A stretch of 64,000 nt of DNA from a candidate division WWE3 bacterium (GCA_003599255.1 QZJF01000021.1:2287-66286), one strand, 5' to 3'. Positions 28,707-39,414 are shown, counted from the first letter of the stretch. Numbers and translations are program-made. Notes: generated by a model from the sequence alone, not told the origin.

Positions 28707-31139
28707 ATGGAAAATTACAATCACAGGCAAATTGAAGACAATTGGAAAGAAAAATGGTTCTCGGATAATCTTTACGAGGCGGTAGATTTCTCGGAAAAAC
28801 CTAAGAAGTACATACTGGCCGAATTACCCTACCCTTCAGGTAAATTTTTGCATGTCGGTCACATGATGAGATACACAGTTCCAGAAATTTACTCAAGGTT
28901 TTTAAGAATGCGAGGGTATAACGTACTATTCCCAATGGGTTGGGACTGTTTCGGTCTACCGGCAGAAACGTTTGCCCAAAAAGAAGGCATTACGCCGCAA
29001 GAGGCCATTTCGAAAGCAACAAAAGATTATAAAGACGCCATGATGTCTATGGGTTATGCTATAGACTGGAACCGTGAGATAAATACTTCGGAACCTGCAT
29101 ATTACAAATGGACTCAAAAAATGTTTCTGGTTCTCTGGAAAAGAGGTTTGGCAAAACAGCAAGAGATGCCTGTCTGGTGGTGTGAAGAGCTTGGTGTTTT
29201 GGCTGACGAAGAAGTATTACCTTCAAAAGATGGAAAAGGTAAAATTTCCGAACGTGGTGGGTACCCCGTAAAAAGAAAAATGTATAGACAGTGGGTCCTT
29301 GATATACCCGCCTATGCTGACAGATTGATTGATGATTTGGGTAAAGTTGACTATGAGGAGTCAGTAAAAATTGCACAAAAAAACTGGATCGGTAAGAAGG
29401 ACGGTGCCTTGGTGACTTTTAATGTAGAGGGGGAGTCAGTAGAAGTTTTTACAACGCGTCCTGACACATTATTTGGCGTTACTTTTTTGGCTATTTCACC
29501 ACAACATCCTGTTATTGAAAAACTAAAAGAAAAAATTTCAAACATCAATGACGTATCAGAATATATCGAAAAGTCCAAAAACCTAACTGATCTTGAAAAA
29601 CAGACAAAAATTAAAACAGGAGTTCAACTCATTGGTGTCTATGCAAGACATCCGTTAAACTCTCAAATGACAAAAATTCCCGTTCTTGTGGCAGATTATA
29701 TACTAACTGACTATGGTACCGGAGCGATTATGGGCGTACCTGCACACGATGAAAGGGATTACGAGTTTGCTGTAAAGTATAACTTGGAGGTCAAAAAAGT
29801 AATCGAGTTTCCCCAAGATAAAAACGATACCCCCTACTTTACTGGGGAGGGTGTTGTGATTAATTCTGAGGAATATAGCGGGCAAAATTCACAAGTATGC
29901 AGACAAGATATTGTAAAAAAAATTGAAAGTTTGGGGTTGGGTAAAGGAGCTACAACATATAAACTTAGACCCCAGATTTTCTCAAGACAACGATACTGGG
30001 GTGAACCTATTCCACTAATATACAAACACGACGGAAATATTGAGGCTGTTACAGAAGAAAATCTGCCTGTGGAGCTTCCCGTGATGAAAGACTTTCTTGT
30101 AGGAAAAGACGGTAAAAGTCCGTTGGAAAAAAATATGGAGTGGAACACCACAATAGACTCAGAGGGAAACCCAGCTAAAAGAGAAACAGATACAATGCCT
30201 ACATGGGCAGGATCAAATTGGTATTACATGAGGTATATCGATCCACATAATACAGTTACACCCGCGGATGTTGCGAAATTAAAGTATTGGCTCCCCGTTG
30301 ACTTATATTTTGGCGATGCAGGTCATACTACGGCGCATCTCTTATATTCAAGATTTTGGTTTAAAGTACTTTACGACGAAGGAATTGTCCCTATCGATGA
30401 ACCCTATATGTACAGAATGAGCGGAGGTATGCTTCTTGGTGAAGACGGTGGAAAGATGTCGAAATCACGGGGAAATGTCGTCAATCCAAAAGATGAACTT
30501 GAAAAACACGGCGCTGATGCACTAAGAACATATCTTGCATTCATTGGTCCATATGAAGACACTTATCCGTGGAACCCAAAGGGACTTCACGCCTGCGCTA
30601 AACTGGTTAGAACAATATATAACCTAAAAACTCTTGTTTCAGAAAAAGCCGATGAGTCTGCTGAAACAACAAGAATATTAAATAAAACAATTAAGAACAT
30701 GACGGAAATGATGGACAATCTAAAGATGAATACAGCTGTTAGCGAAATAATGATTTTTACGAATCACATAAAAAATCTCGCAGGTATAAAGAAAGAAACG
30801 TGGGAAACTTTCCTGGTTCTCATAGCACCGTTTATGCCTTTCACGGCAGAAGAATTGTGGCAGGAATCCAATAATTATAGCAAATGGCAAAAAACAAATA
30901 GTATTCATTTACAGATGTGGCCTAAATATAACGAAGAACTTGTCATCGAGAAAATCACTGAACTGCCTGTGCAAATTAACGGAAAGCTTAGATCCGAAGT
31001 CACTATATCGGACAAGGACAATGAAGATACTTTAAAACAAAAGTTACTTCAAGATGAAAGAGTTATAAAACATCTAGGAGGTAAAGAAATAAAAAAGATC
31101 ATTTATGTAAAAGATAAAATAGTTAACTTAATTGCTTAA
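28707..31139 (+). CDS. leuS: Leucyl-tRNA synthetase
   Basis: PYPSG..HVGH, GWDCFGLPAE, editing domain FTTRPDT/GTGAIMGVPAHD, KMSKS. Confidence 0.97.
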   Translation: MENYNHRQIEDNWKEKWFSDNLYEAVDFSEKPKKYILAELPYPSGKFLHVGHMMRYTVPEIYSRFLRMRGYNVLFPMGWDCFGLPAETFAQKEGITPQEAISKATKDYKDAMMSMGYAIDWNREINTSEPAYYKWTQKMFLVLWKRGLAKQQEMPVWWCEELGVLADEEVLPSKDGKGKISERGGYPVKRKMYRQWVLDIPAYADRLIDDLGKVDYEESVKIAQKNWIGKKDGALVTFNVEGESVEVFTTRPDTLFGVTFLAISPQHPVIEKLKEKISNINDVSEYIEKSKNLTDLEKQTKIKTGVQLIGVYARHPLNSQMTKIPVLVADYILTDYGTGAIMGVPAHDERDYEFAVKYNLEVKKVIEFPQDKNDTPYFTGEGVVINSEEYSGQNSQVCRQDIVKKIESLGLGKGATTYKLRPQIFSRQRYWGEPIPLIYKHDGNIEAVTEENLPVELPVMKDFLVGKDGKSPLEKNMEWNTTIDSEGNPAKRETDTMPTWAGSNWYYMRYIDPHNTVTPADVAKLKYWLPVDLYFGDAGHTTAHLLYSRFWFKVLYDEGIVPIDEPYMYRMSGGMLLGEDGGKMSKSRGNVVNPKDELEKHGADALRTYLAFIGPYEDTYPWNPKGLHACAKLVRTIYNLKTLVSEKADESAETTRILNKTIKNMTEMMDNLKMNTAVSEIMIFTNHIKNLAGIKKETWETFLVLIAPFMPFTAEELWQESNNYSKWQKTNSIHLQMWPKYNEELVIEKITELPVQINGKLRSEVTISDKDNEDTLKQKLLQDERVIKHLGGKEIKKIIYVKDKIVNLIA

Positions 31140-31190
31140 ATCCCAAGTCAATATCAAAAAAAATTAGAAAATAGAAGGTATAATACACTT

Positions 31191-31964
31191 ATGACAATTA
31201 CAATAAAAAGTCCCGATGAGATAAAGATCATGCGGGAAGCTGGAAAAATCCTTGCAAAGATAATGACAGCGCTTAAAAGTGAGATTCGTGTTGGCAGGGA
31301 CTTATGGGACATAGAAATAAAGTTTTTAGATTATTGCCGTCAGTACAACGTTATTCCGGCATGTAAGGGCTACACTGCTATGGGATTTCTACCTCCATTC
31401 CCAACCGGTTTATGTGTGAGCACAAATGAGGAATCCGTCCATTGTTTTCCTTCAAAAGGTGAAATTGTAAAAGATGGAGATTTAATCACAATTGATACTG
31501 TTATAAGCTACAAGGGCCTTCATGTTGACGCCGCGTTTACCGTAGGTGCAGGAAATGTAAAATCTTCAAATATTAAGTTTATGAACACGGCTAAAAAGGC
31601 ATTGCTGGAATCTGTGGAATTAGTAAAAGAAGGTGTGAAAGTTGGGGTTATATCAAATAAAATACAAACTATTGTTGAAGCCGCAGGATACAGTGTATTA
31701 AAAGATTACGCCGGACATGGGATAGGTAAAAGCATGCACGAGTTACCCGAAATACCCTGTTACGGCAAGCCAACAGACGGACCGGTTCTCGAAAGAGGCA
31801 TGACAATTTGCATTGAAACATTGGTATCAGAGGGTAAACCTACTATTAAGTACGTCAGCGACTGGGAAACAGAAATGAAAGACGGAAAAAATTTTGTTCA
31901 ATACGAATATACATTATTGGTAAAAGAGAAAGGTTATGAAATCCTAACTGATTTTGAGGTATAA
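31191..31964 (+). CDS. map: Methionine aminopeptidase type I
   Basis: IKSPDEI..MREAG, metal ligands D, D, GHGIG..MHE, E, E. Confidence 0.95.
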   Translation: MTITIKSPDEIKIMREAGKILAKIMTALKSEIRVGRDLWDIEIKFLDYCRQYNVIPACKGYTAMGFLPPFPTGLCVSTNEESVHCFPSKGEIVKDGDLITIDTVISYKGLHVDAAFTVGAGNVKSSNIKFMNTAKKALLESVELVKEGVKVGVISNKIQTIVEAAGYSVLKDYAGHGIGKSMHELPEIPCYGKPTDGPVLERGMTICIETLVSEGKPTIKYVSDWETEMKDGKNFVQYEYTLLVKEKGYEILTDFEV

Positions 31965-31967
31965 TGC

Positions 31968-33089
31968 ATGGGTTTTATGGATATTAAAGAAATATTAGCA
32001 AACAGGCAGTCAAATATCAGTTCACCTCAAAACAGAGGTATTTTTGTTCTATTACGCTGGATTTTAGCATTCTTGGGATTCATTCTCATTGCTGGTTTAT
32101 TATTTCCTACGGCGGTTGGAGCGATTTTAAACTTTATATGGGTCACATTGCTCGCAATCGTCGTTACATTCTTCACACTGGGTATCCTAGTCATAGTAGG
32201 ATTACGACAAGAAGCAAGTCATATCTTGGACATTTTATTTGAGGGATCTCTTACTTTTCTGGACCTGGCTGATTTTATCAGGATAGTTTACAGAAGATTC
32301 ATCGAAGTTCTAAAGGAATTTCTGGTCTTCGCCGCGCCGGTCTTTGCATATGTACTTACTTTTGTTTTATATGTTTTGTTGCTTATTTTATACAAATGGG
32401 TAGGAAGAAGTTTTGATGTAGCTATTTTCACAATAATACTTACTTTTCTTCTTGTTTATTTGTTCGGTTTCTTTAACCGTCCAAAACCTGATCCCGCTGA
32501 AGAGGATCTAACGTGGAGAGATGTCTTTAAGAAGCGGTTTAGAGGTGGGTTCATTGACGGATTTGAAATTGTTTTGTTTGTATTCTTTTTGACCATGGAT
32601 AGCACCAGAGTGTTCTTTTTGCCCGAGAGTCTCAATGTAGAGTTAAAAGCAAAACTTGGGGGGTATGATTTGATGGTTCGAAGCTTTATTTACACTGATC
32701 ATATGAAAATTACAGTGAATCTAATCATAATTACAATAATTACTGAAATATTCAGAAACACTATGAAAGTTATAGCAGGTGCTCGAAAGCATTATATTTC
32801 AGACAGATCATTCGATGAAACAAAAGTGGCGGCCTATTCCAGAAGTCTACGTATAAAGAACGCAATAAGAAAGAGTTTTAACGACGCAAAAGATGACCTT
32901 GTTAAGTTTATTACGTTTACTACGGTGCTTTTTGGTGCATTCATGTTCTTCCCAAGACTAAAATTACTTACTCTTGGGGTAGCAAGTGTAACAAACCTGT
33001 TTCTGGACATAATACTTCCCGAAAGATTGACATCACAAAAGAGCAGCGATCTGCTGTCCAGAGTAATTGTTAAAGTATTTAAGCTTTAA
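31968..33089 (+). CDS. Polytopic membrane hypothetical protein
   Basis: 373-aa ORF with about 8 hydrophobic segments, co-directional with map and rarA. Confidence 0.8.
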   Translation: MGFMDIKEILANRQSNISSPQNRGIFVLLRWILAFLGFILIAGLLFPTAVGAILNFIWVTLLAIVVTFFTLGILVIVGLRQEASHILDILFEGSLTFLDLADFIRIVYRRFIEVLKEFLVFAAPVFAYVLTFVLYVLLLILYKWVGRSFDVAIFTIILTFLLVYLFGFFNRPKPDPAEEDLTWRDVFKKRFRGGFIDGFEIVLFVFFLTMDSTRVFFLPESLNVELKAKLGGYDLMVRSFIYTDHMKITVNLIIITIITEIFRNTMKVIAGARKHYISDRSFDETKVAAYSRSLRIKNAIRKSFNDAKDDLVKFITFTTVLFGAFMFFPRLKLLTLGVASVTNLFLDIILPERLTSQKSSDLLSRVIVKVFKL

Positions 33090-33099
33090 CAGCCTATCT

Positions 33100-34338
33100 A
33101 TGCCAAATAAACCACTCGCCGAAATACTGAGACCTGCAAAACTGCAGGACTTTGTAGGACAAACTCATCTAACAGGAGAATCAGGACTTATCACTAAAAT
33201 ATTAGCAGGGTCCAAAAAAACAGGGTTCTTTCCCTCTATAGTTTTATGGGGTCCCCCGGGATGCGGTAAAACTACTTTGGCACGAATTCTTTCAAGTGAA
33301 TTAAACAGAGATTTCTACGAATTTTCCGCGGTAAATTCCTCTGTAAAAGACATTGAAAAGATTATTCCGAAAAAATCCGCATTTAAAAAACAAAAAGAAC
33401 TAATATCTGTCGAAGACCCCGAAAAAAAAGCAACACTATCCCCTATTGTTTTTATTGACGAAATACACAGATTCAATAAAGCTCAGCAAGATGCTTTACT
33501 TCCTTTCGTAGAACAGGGAACAATAATCTTTATTGGGGCAACTACTGAAAATCCTTCTTTTGAAGTAATCAGTCCTCTTTTATCAAGAACCAGGGTTCTT
33601 ATTCTAAATCAGTTAACAAAAGAAGACTTAGAAAAAATAATCGATAAAGGACTGCAGTCAATATCAAAAGAAATGGACGCGGATTCAAAAGATTATCTTG
33701 TTGAGGCATCAAACGGAGATGCTCGCATCTGCATAAATGTTTTGGAAATTGCATCAAATATAAGTACTAAAGATAAAATCACTTTGGAAAACATTAAAGA
33801 TGCGTTTCAGAATAAAAGTCTGATGTTTGATCTGCGGGGTGAGGAATACTATAACACCATTTCAGCGTTGCATAAGTCAATACGAGCCTCGGATCCTGAT
33901 GCATCGTTGTATTGGCTAGCAAGAATGTTGGAAGCGGGACAGGACCCTCTTTACATTGCCAGAAGATTAATAAGAGTTGCGTCCGAAGACATTGGAATCT
34001 CCGATCCACAGGCGTTAATTATTGCTACTTCCTGTTTTTATGCATGTAATACTTTGGGAATGCCTGAGTGCAACTTGGCTTTATCGGAAACTGTTGTGTA
34101 TCTTTCTAAAGCCCCAAAATCAAATAAATTGTACATTGCCTACAGCAAAGCTGCGGAAGACGTAAAAAAACATGGAAATCTGCCCGTGCCACTGCACATC
34201 AGAAATCCTGTTACCAAAATGATGAAAGAGATTGGATATGGAAAGGGATATAACTATCACCACAGTCCTGAAGGTGAAAAGCTAGAGGAAGAGAATTACT
34301 TTCCTGAAGAGCTGAGAGGAACAAAGTACCTGAATTGA
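33100..34338 (+). CDS. rarA: Replication-associated recombination protein A
   Basis: PLAEILRP, GPPGCGKTT, DEIHRFNKAQQD, GATTENP, SALHKSIR. Confidence 0.95.
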   Translation: MPNKPLAEILRPAKLQDFVGQTHLTGESGLITKILAGSKKTGFFPSIVLWGPPGCGKTTLARILSSELNRDFYEFSAVNSSVKDIEKIIPKKSAFKKQKELISVEDPEKKATLSPIVFIDEIHRFNKAQQDALLPFVEQGTIIFIGATTENPSFEVISPLLSRTRVLILNQLTKEDLEKIIDKGLQSISKEMDADSKDYLVEASNGDARICINVLEIASNISTKDKITLENIKDAFQNKSLMFDLRGEEYYNTISALHKSIRASDPDASLYWLARMLEAGQDPLYIARRLIRVASEDIGISDPQALIIATSCFYACNTLGMPECNLALSETVVYLSKAPKSNKLYIAYSKAAEDVKKHGNLPVPLHIRNPVTKMMKEIGYGKGYNYHHSPEGEKLEEENYFPEELRGTKYLN

Positions 34339-34408
34339 CGCCGACATTTAAATACTATAAGATAGCTCCATCATTAACCAAAAAACTCACCTAGAAAGGA
34401 AGGAGTAT

Positions 34409-35236
34409 ATGTTGGTCTACAGTAGACTTGGAAGTATTGGCCTTGGCGTTGTTCTTGGGGTCATATTCAACATTTCCCATCAGGGCAATGTGGATACTTA
34501 CACTGCAGTGCTTTTCGCACTTATTTCCCTTGCAAGTAACCTGAGTGTTCAGCTCATGTGGGAAATTGTGCGGTACACCATGGCAAAGAAAAAGGGGTTA
34601 GACGAGGGTGTAAAAATACCCGGCATACGCCTTGACTTTCAGTATGCGAAATATGCTACTTATGCAACGCTACTTGTCACAGGCATACACCCGCTTCTTA
34701 CGGGGACTCTTAGGAATAACCTTGTATCACAAGGTATATCTATTTGGATTTTTCCGTTAGCCCTGATATTGGTTGCCGAAATAGCCAGGAAGCGCCGATT
34801 GGATCTGCAGGATATGGGATTTCAGGTTTTCAGAGGCGAAAGCTCGTTGGAAATCGCAACTGAGAAGCTGAAAAAATTCTACGAAAACCCTGATACCCTC
34901 AACATCTGGTGGATCCCAACAAATTACGGGCCGATAATGAGAACGCTGCGATGGTCGTTCTTCTGGATACTTAACATGGAGCTCATCCTGAAGACGAGGG
35001 ATATGCTAAACAGCATTGCAGGACCACAAGGAAACTTCTTTGATCTTGTGGCAAAGCTGCTTAACCAAAGCGGAAACGATCTTGTGTTAGTTATGACACT
35101 CGTCTTTCCGTTCGTCTTTGCATTCAGAGCGATCACCGAGGCCTGGTTTGGATTTAAGGATTTGGGGTACATTGTCGAGTCAGAAAGATTTAAAACCGGC
35201 GAAAAGTCCTCGTACTCCGTGATCTCAAACCAATAA
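34409..35236 (+). CDS. Orphan membrane protein
   Basis: TTGACG-17-TAAGAT promoter (34335-34363), SD AAGGAG, TM segments, terminator after. Confidence 0.75.
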   Translation: MLVYSRLGSIGLGVVLGVIFNISHQGNVDTYTAVLFALISLASNLSVQLMWEIVRYTMAKKKGLDEGVKIPGIRLDFQYAKYATYATLLVTGIHPLLTGTLRNNLVSQGISIWIFPLALILVAEIARKRRLDLQDMGFQVFRGESSLEIATEKLKKFYENPDTLNIWWIPTNYGPIMRTLRWSFFWILNMELILKTRDMLNSIAGPQGNFFDLVAKLLNQSGNDLVLVMTLVFPFVFAFRAITEAWFGFKDLGYIVESERFKTGEKSSYSVISNQ

Positions 35237-35252
35237 CAGAACTGCTCTAAAG

Positions 35253-35339
35253 GGCACAAAGCGACCATAAATCCTTTGTGCCTTTTTTATTAAAAAAATG
35301 GGCGATAAACGTGCGGATAAATCCGACGCAAATCGCCCA
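35253..35339. terminator. Two back-to-back terminators for convergent genes
   Basis: GGCACAAAG/CTTTGTGCC+T6 (plus) and TGGGCGAT/ATCGCCCA+T7 (minus). Confidence 0.75.
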
Positions 35340-35349
35340 AACGGACAGT

Positions 35350-36099
35350 CTATTTCTTGAACCTTAATGTCACTTTCGTTGCAGGAATCACGATGTGGCC
35401 CAGCGCCCCTTCAATTTCTACTTCAAAAGGCGTTTCGCGAGAAATCTCAAGAGTATCCGAAAGTTCAAATGAAGCGCGGATTCCCTGGATTGACGGGCTT
35501 GTCCCAGAAACGGTAAGGGGCTCCTGAATGCCGGTCTCGGCTTCCTTAGAAGGTTGTTCTTGGGGCTCCTGGTAAACAAGATATTCTCCCTGCCGAATAA
35601 CTTGGCCGGTCCTGTAAATACCCTTCATGATTGGCCCCCACCTCTTTCCGGTGACTGTGTAACCTATGAGATCCCCAACTCTTCGCTGTAGATCGTCCAT
35701 AAGCACACGCCCTGCATCGGTAATTACAAGAACTACCGCATCTGAAATAGCTTGCCTCTCTTCCGGTGTAGTGGTATCTAAAACTCTATAACTCGGTTCC
35801 ATAACGGAAACTCCTCCTTCAACAAGCGGTTGATTACTCTTTGTAGCCGCGGCATACACTGCATGTCTTCCAATACCTTTTATGAGTACTACACCAGGCT
35901 GATCTCCTACACTGTCCCAAGCATATTCCCAACATGAGTTAGATATATGCTGGGATGCCAGATAACCAATAGCCCTTTTTGCTGACCTTTTGTTTATCCG
36001 GCTAAAGTCCATAGGACCCGACCATTTTCTTACCTGTTCAGCGAGTGCGTGTATCAGGCCTCTCATGGTCTGCCCGTCCAGCTCGTTTGGTTCTGGCAT
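35350..36099 (-). CDS. Orphan hypothetical protein (249 aa)
   Basis: SD AAGGATGAGGT, promoter TTGACA(36176)-17-TACTAT, own terminator. Confidence 0.8.
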   Translation of the reverse strand: MPEPNELDGQTMRGLIHALAEQVRKWSGPMDFSRINKRSAKRAIGYLASQHISNSCWEYAWDSVGDQPGVVLIKGIGRHAVYAAATKSNQPLVEGGVSVMEPSYRVLDTTTPEERQAISDAVVLVITDAGRVLMDDLQRRVGDLIGYTVTGKRWGPIMKGIYRTGQVIRQGEYLVYQEPQEQPSKEAETGIQEPLTVSGTSPSIQGIRASFELSDTLEISRETPFEVEIEGALGHIVIPATKVTLRFKK

Positions 36100-36186
36100 A
36101 CCTCATCCTTTCGTAGAATATTCAATTTTTAGAAGCAGAGTAAACCGATAGTATAGAAAAGGATTTCACGTGTCAATATACATATA

Positions 36187-36630
36187 GAAAAAGAAAGGGC
36201 CCCCGTCAGCAAGTTCGTGAATTTTATGTCATCACGTAAGCTAAACGGGGGCTTTATTTTCCTCTCTCCTTGGCCCTTTGAGTTTTCACTCGGTATAAAT
36301 CTTCTTCCTTCGAGGACATTGAAAGAAGATTCGGGGGATATGCCTTGGAGTGCCCGGGTGTTACTCTTGTCTCGCGACAGGAGTGTTCTCTGTAAAATTA
36401 CCAGAGAAAGCAAACTCGCCTATTCCCTCTTTCGAATCTGCCGTCAAGGTTGCCTACCCCTTAGAGTTTGTTTCTGTGCAAATCGCTCCTGCGTATCGCC
36501 TTTCCAGAACCTCGACCTTTCACCGGATCGATCCATACGCAATTGGGGATTCGACGCCTATATTTTCACTGGCACAGTCAGGCGGCTTGAGCACGAAGCT
36601 AATAGATAAGCCGCAAAACTTTTCGATGCG
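36187..36630 (-). ncRNA. Candidate large structured non-coding RNA (~440 nt), class unknown
   Basis: Promoter TTGACA(36662-36657)-17-TAAATT, at least 8 helices including GCGA and GAAA tetraloops, long terminator hairpin 36198-36252 plus U tract, no ORF with SD. Confidence 0.7.
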
Positions 36631-36741
36631 GGTAATTTATCATAATCAGAATCAATTGTCAACACTATAGGTCCTAGTTTGCGCAAATATTTGGTAAATA
36701 ATCCTCGTTGAGATACCATAAGGTAAGTATTTTAACTACTT

Positions 36742-39195
36742 ATGAATGCTGCCCAAGAAATTAAAGGACTTACTTCAGCACAAGCTGAACAGCTGCTAAA
36801 GGAACATGGGAGCAACAAGCTACCTGAATCCCCTCCCCCAACAGATATTGAGATTTTTCTATCACAACTGAAAAGCCCCCTGGTCTATATACTGATCGGT
36901 GCCGGATTAGTCACTGCAATTCTAAAGGAAATCCCGGACACTATAATTATTGCCGCCGCAGTATTTATTAACACTATTCTAGGATTTATTCAGGAAAGAA
37001 ACGCAAATCACGCTCTGGAGGCTTTGAAAAAAATGATCCACCCTTATGTAAAAGTTTTACGTGATGAAACTGTACAAACCATTGAAGTGGAATACCTGGT
37101 ACCCGGAGATATAGTCTATTTAAATCAAGGAGATAAAATTCCCGCCGATGGGAAACTGATTGAGCTAAACAGATTTTTTGCTAATGAGGCTATTCTGACC
37201 GGAGAGTCGGTCCCCGTTGAAAAGAAATCCGGGGAAATAGCATATATGGGTACTATAGTTTTCGGGGGCAAGGCGACTTTACTAGTTGAAAAAACTGGCG
37301 CACATACTGAAATGGGAAAAATTGCTTCAAGTGTGGGAGGAGAAAACCAAATAACTCCTTTAGGTAAACAACTCGATTTATTTAGCAAACAACTCTCCCA
37401 ACTGGTATTTGCTCTATTGGCCATAGTTTTAGTGATTGGTGTAATTACAGGTCAGGAAATCATAGAAATGTTTAAAACAGCTGTGGCATTAGCCGTTTCA
37501 GCAATCCCTGAAGGTCTTTTAGTGGCATTAACCGTTGTTCTGGCTATCGGGATGCAAAGAATACTAGCCAGAAAAGGACTTGTCAGAAACCTTGTTTCTG
37601 CAGAAACTCTTGGGGGTGTAACGACTATATGTGTGGATAAAACCGGTACTCTGACAGAAGGCATCATGCAAGTAGAAGACATCTTCGGTGACGAGAAGAA
37701 ACTTTCTGAACAGGTTATTCTTGCCAATGACAAAGACGACCCTATTGTACTTGCCGCTTGGGAATGGGGAAAACAGAGCTTCGAAGACCCTGAAGATTAC
37801 AGAAAGAGTAACCCTGTCATAGACAGTATTCCATTCGATTCTAACTTACGTATCTTCACATCTTTAAACAAGTTAAATGACATTGGGGTAATTTTCATCA
37901 ACGGTGCACCGGAAGTTATTTTAGACAGATGTAATATTGAGCCCGAATTAAAAAAAGAAATTCTGGATAAAATAGATCAATTGTCAAAACAGGGAAAAAG
38001 ACTCCTGGGTTTTGCCAGAAAACAGGCTAGTAACGATAAAACTTATCTAACTGTTGAAGATACCCATGAAAATTTTGAATGGGTCGGATTGTTGGGATTT
38101 TTCGATCCTGTTCGCGACGATGTTAAAGAAGCATTTGAAAAAACCCATCAAGCAGGTATTAAACTTATTGTCATCACCGGAGATTTTGCCAATACAGCCG
38201 AATACGTACTTCAACAAATGGGCATAGAAGTTCACGAGGACGACATAATTCAAGGGGATGATTTAACCAAACTTTCTGAATCGGAACTTAAAGATAAAAT
38301 TCTGGGTAACTCGAACGTAAAACTTTTCGCCAGAACAAGGCCTGAACAAAAACTAAAAATCGTGGGGATTTTGAAAGCTAACGGTGAGGTAGTCGCAATG
38401 ATGGGCGATGGTGTAAATGATGCCCCGGCAATTTCAAAATCCGACATAGGAATAGTGGTAGGAGAGGCCTCGGATGTCGCAAAAGAATCATCGGACCTGG
38501 TTTTACTGGATTCCAGATTTTCAACAATAGTAGCTGCCATTGAAGAAGGACGTGGTATCTTTGACAACATCAGAAAAATAATCCTTTATCTGATGTGTGA
38601 TGCCTTTGAAGAAATAATTTTGGTTTTATCCGCTCTTGTACTAACACTACCGTTACCAATAACAGCTGCTCAGGTTTTATGGGTAAATATTCTTTCTGAC
38701 GGATTTCCGCATCTTGCCCTTACAGTTGATCCAAAGTCAAAAAATATTATGCGTAAGCCTCCTAGACCATCCAACGAGCCTCTTGTAGTACCTTGGATGA
38801 AGAAACTAATTACAATTGTGTCGGTAACAGGAGGACTCCTGGCACTTTTAGTCTTCATATACGTTTACAACACAACCGGGGATGCTGCGTTCACAAGATC
38901 AGTTGTATTTGCCACGGTAGGTATTAACTCGCTTGTATATGTGTTCTCCATAAAAACACTCAAAGATTCCTTTTGGGAACAAAATCCTTTTAATAACTTG
39001 TGGCTGGTTGGAGCAGTAGTTGTCGGATTAATTTTACAAGTAGCACCATTTATGATTCCATTTTTACGGGATTTTCTTAAACTAGTACCTATAGGTAATT
39101 ATTGGTTATTCCCTATTGGTGCTTCCTTAATAATGTTTTTAATAATTGAGTTCGTTAAAGACGTGTTGTGGAAGGAAACTATTAGATCTTCTTAA
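36742..39195 (+). CDS. Cation-transporting P-type ATPase (type II, Ca2+-like)
   Basis: TGES, IPEGL, DKTGT, TGD, GDGVND. Confidence 0.95.
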   Translation: MNAAQEIKGLTSAQAEQLLKEHGSNKLPESPPPTDIEIFLSQLKSPLVYILIGAGLVTAILKEIPDTIIIAAAVFINTILGFIQERNANHALEALKKMIHPYVKVLRDETVQTIEVEYLVPGDIVYLNQGDKIPADGKLIELNRFFANEAILTGESVPVEKKSGEIAYMGTIVFGGKATLLVEKTGAHTEMGKIASSVGGENQITPLGKQLDLFSKQLSQLVFALLAIVLVIGVITGQEIIEMFKTAVALAVSAIPEGLLVALTVVLAIGMQRILARKGLVRNLVSAETLGGVTTICVDKTGTLTEGIMQVEDIFGDEKKLSEQVILANDKDDPIVLAAWEWGKQSFEDPEDYRKSNPVIDSIPFDSNLRIFTSLNKLNDIGVIFINGAPEVILDRCNIEPELKKEILDKIDQLSKQGKRLLGFARKQASNDKTYLTVEDTHENFEWVGLLGFFDPVRDDVKEAFEKTHQAGIKLIVITGDFANTAEYVLQQMGIEVHEDDIIQGDDLTKLSESELKDKILGNSNVKLFARTRPEQKLKIVGILKANGEVVAMMGDGVNDAPAISKSDIGIVVGEASDVAKESSDLVLLDSRFSTIVAAIEEGRGIFDNIRKIILYLMCDAFEEIILVLSALVLTLPLPITAAQVLWVNILSDGFPHLALTVDPKSKNIMRKPPRPSNEPLVVPWMKKLITIVSVTGGLLALLVFIYVYNTTGDAAFTRSVVFATVGINSLVYVFSIKTLKDSFWEQNPFNNLWLVGAVVVGLILQVAPFMIPFLRDFLKLVPIGNYWLFPIGASLIMFLIIEFVKDVLWKETIRSS

Positions 39196-39414
39196 TTTAA
39201 AATTTAATATGGAAGAAAACGGAAAAAGTTAAATAAGAAAATGAAGATTTAAAAGCACGATATTCCGGTTAAAACAAATCTTAATCCGCTCTTAATCCAC
39301 ATATAGATACCATTACATTATATGGATTATAAATATATAATATCTTATAAAAATAAAAGTAAGTTAAAATCGGCTAAAGTTGATGACTATATAGTTGTGA
39401 TTATTCATTAAGTA

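Noticed and set aside
36187-36630. RNase P RNA, tmRNA or group II intron identity for the structured region
   Set aside because: Only isolated short resemblances (CAGAGAAAGCAAAC, GGATTCGAC, GGTGAAAG). No P4 pairing, tRNA-like ends or domain V seen. A covariance search is still needed.
36129-36670. ORFs 36129-36413, 36217-36609 and 36350-36670
   Set aside because: No SD, non-protein-like composition, and they run through promoter or terminator elements; better explained by a structured RNA.
39290-39330. oriC based on DnaA-box-like TAATCCACA
   Set aside because: Only one or two degenerate boxes and no dnaA/dnaN context.
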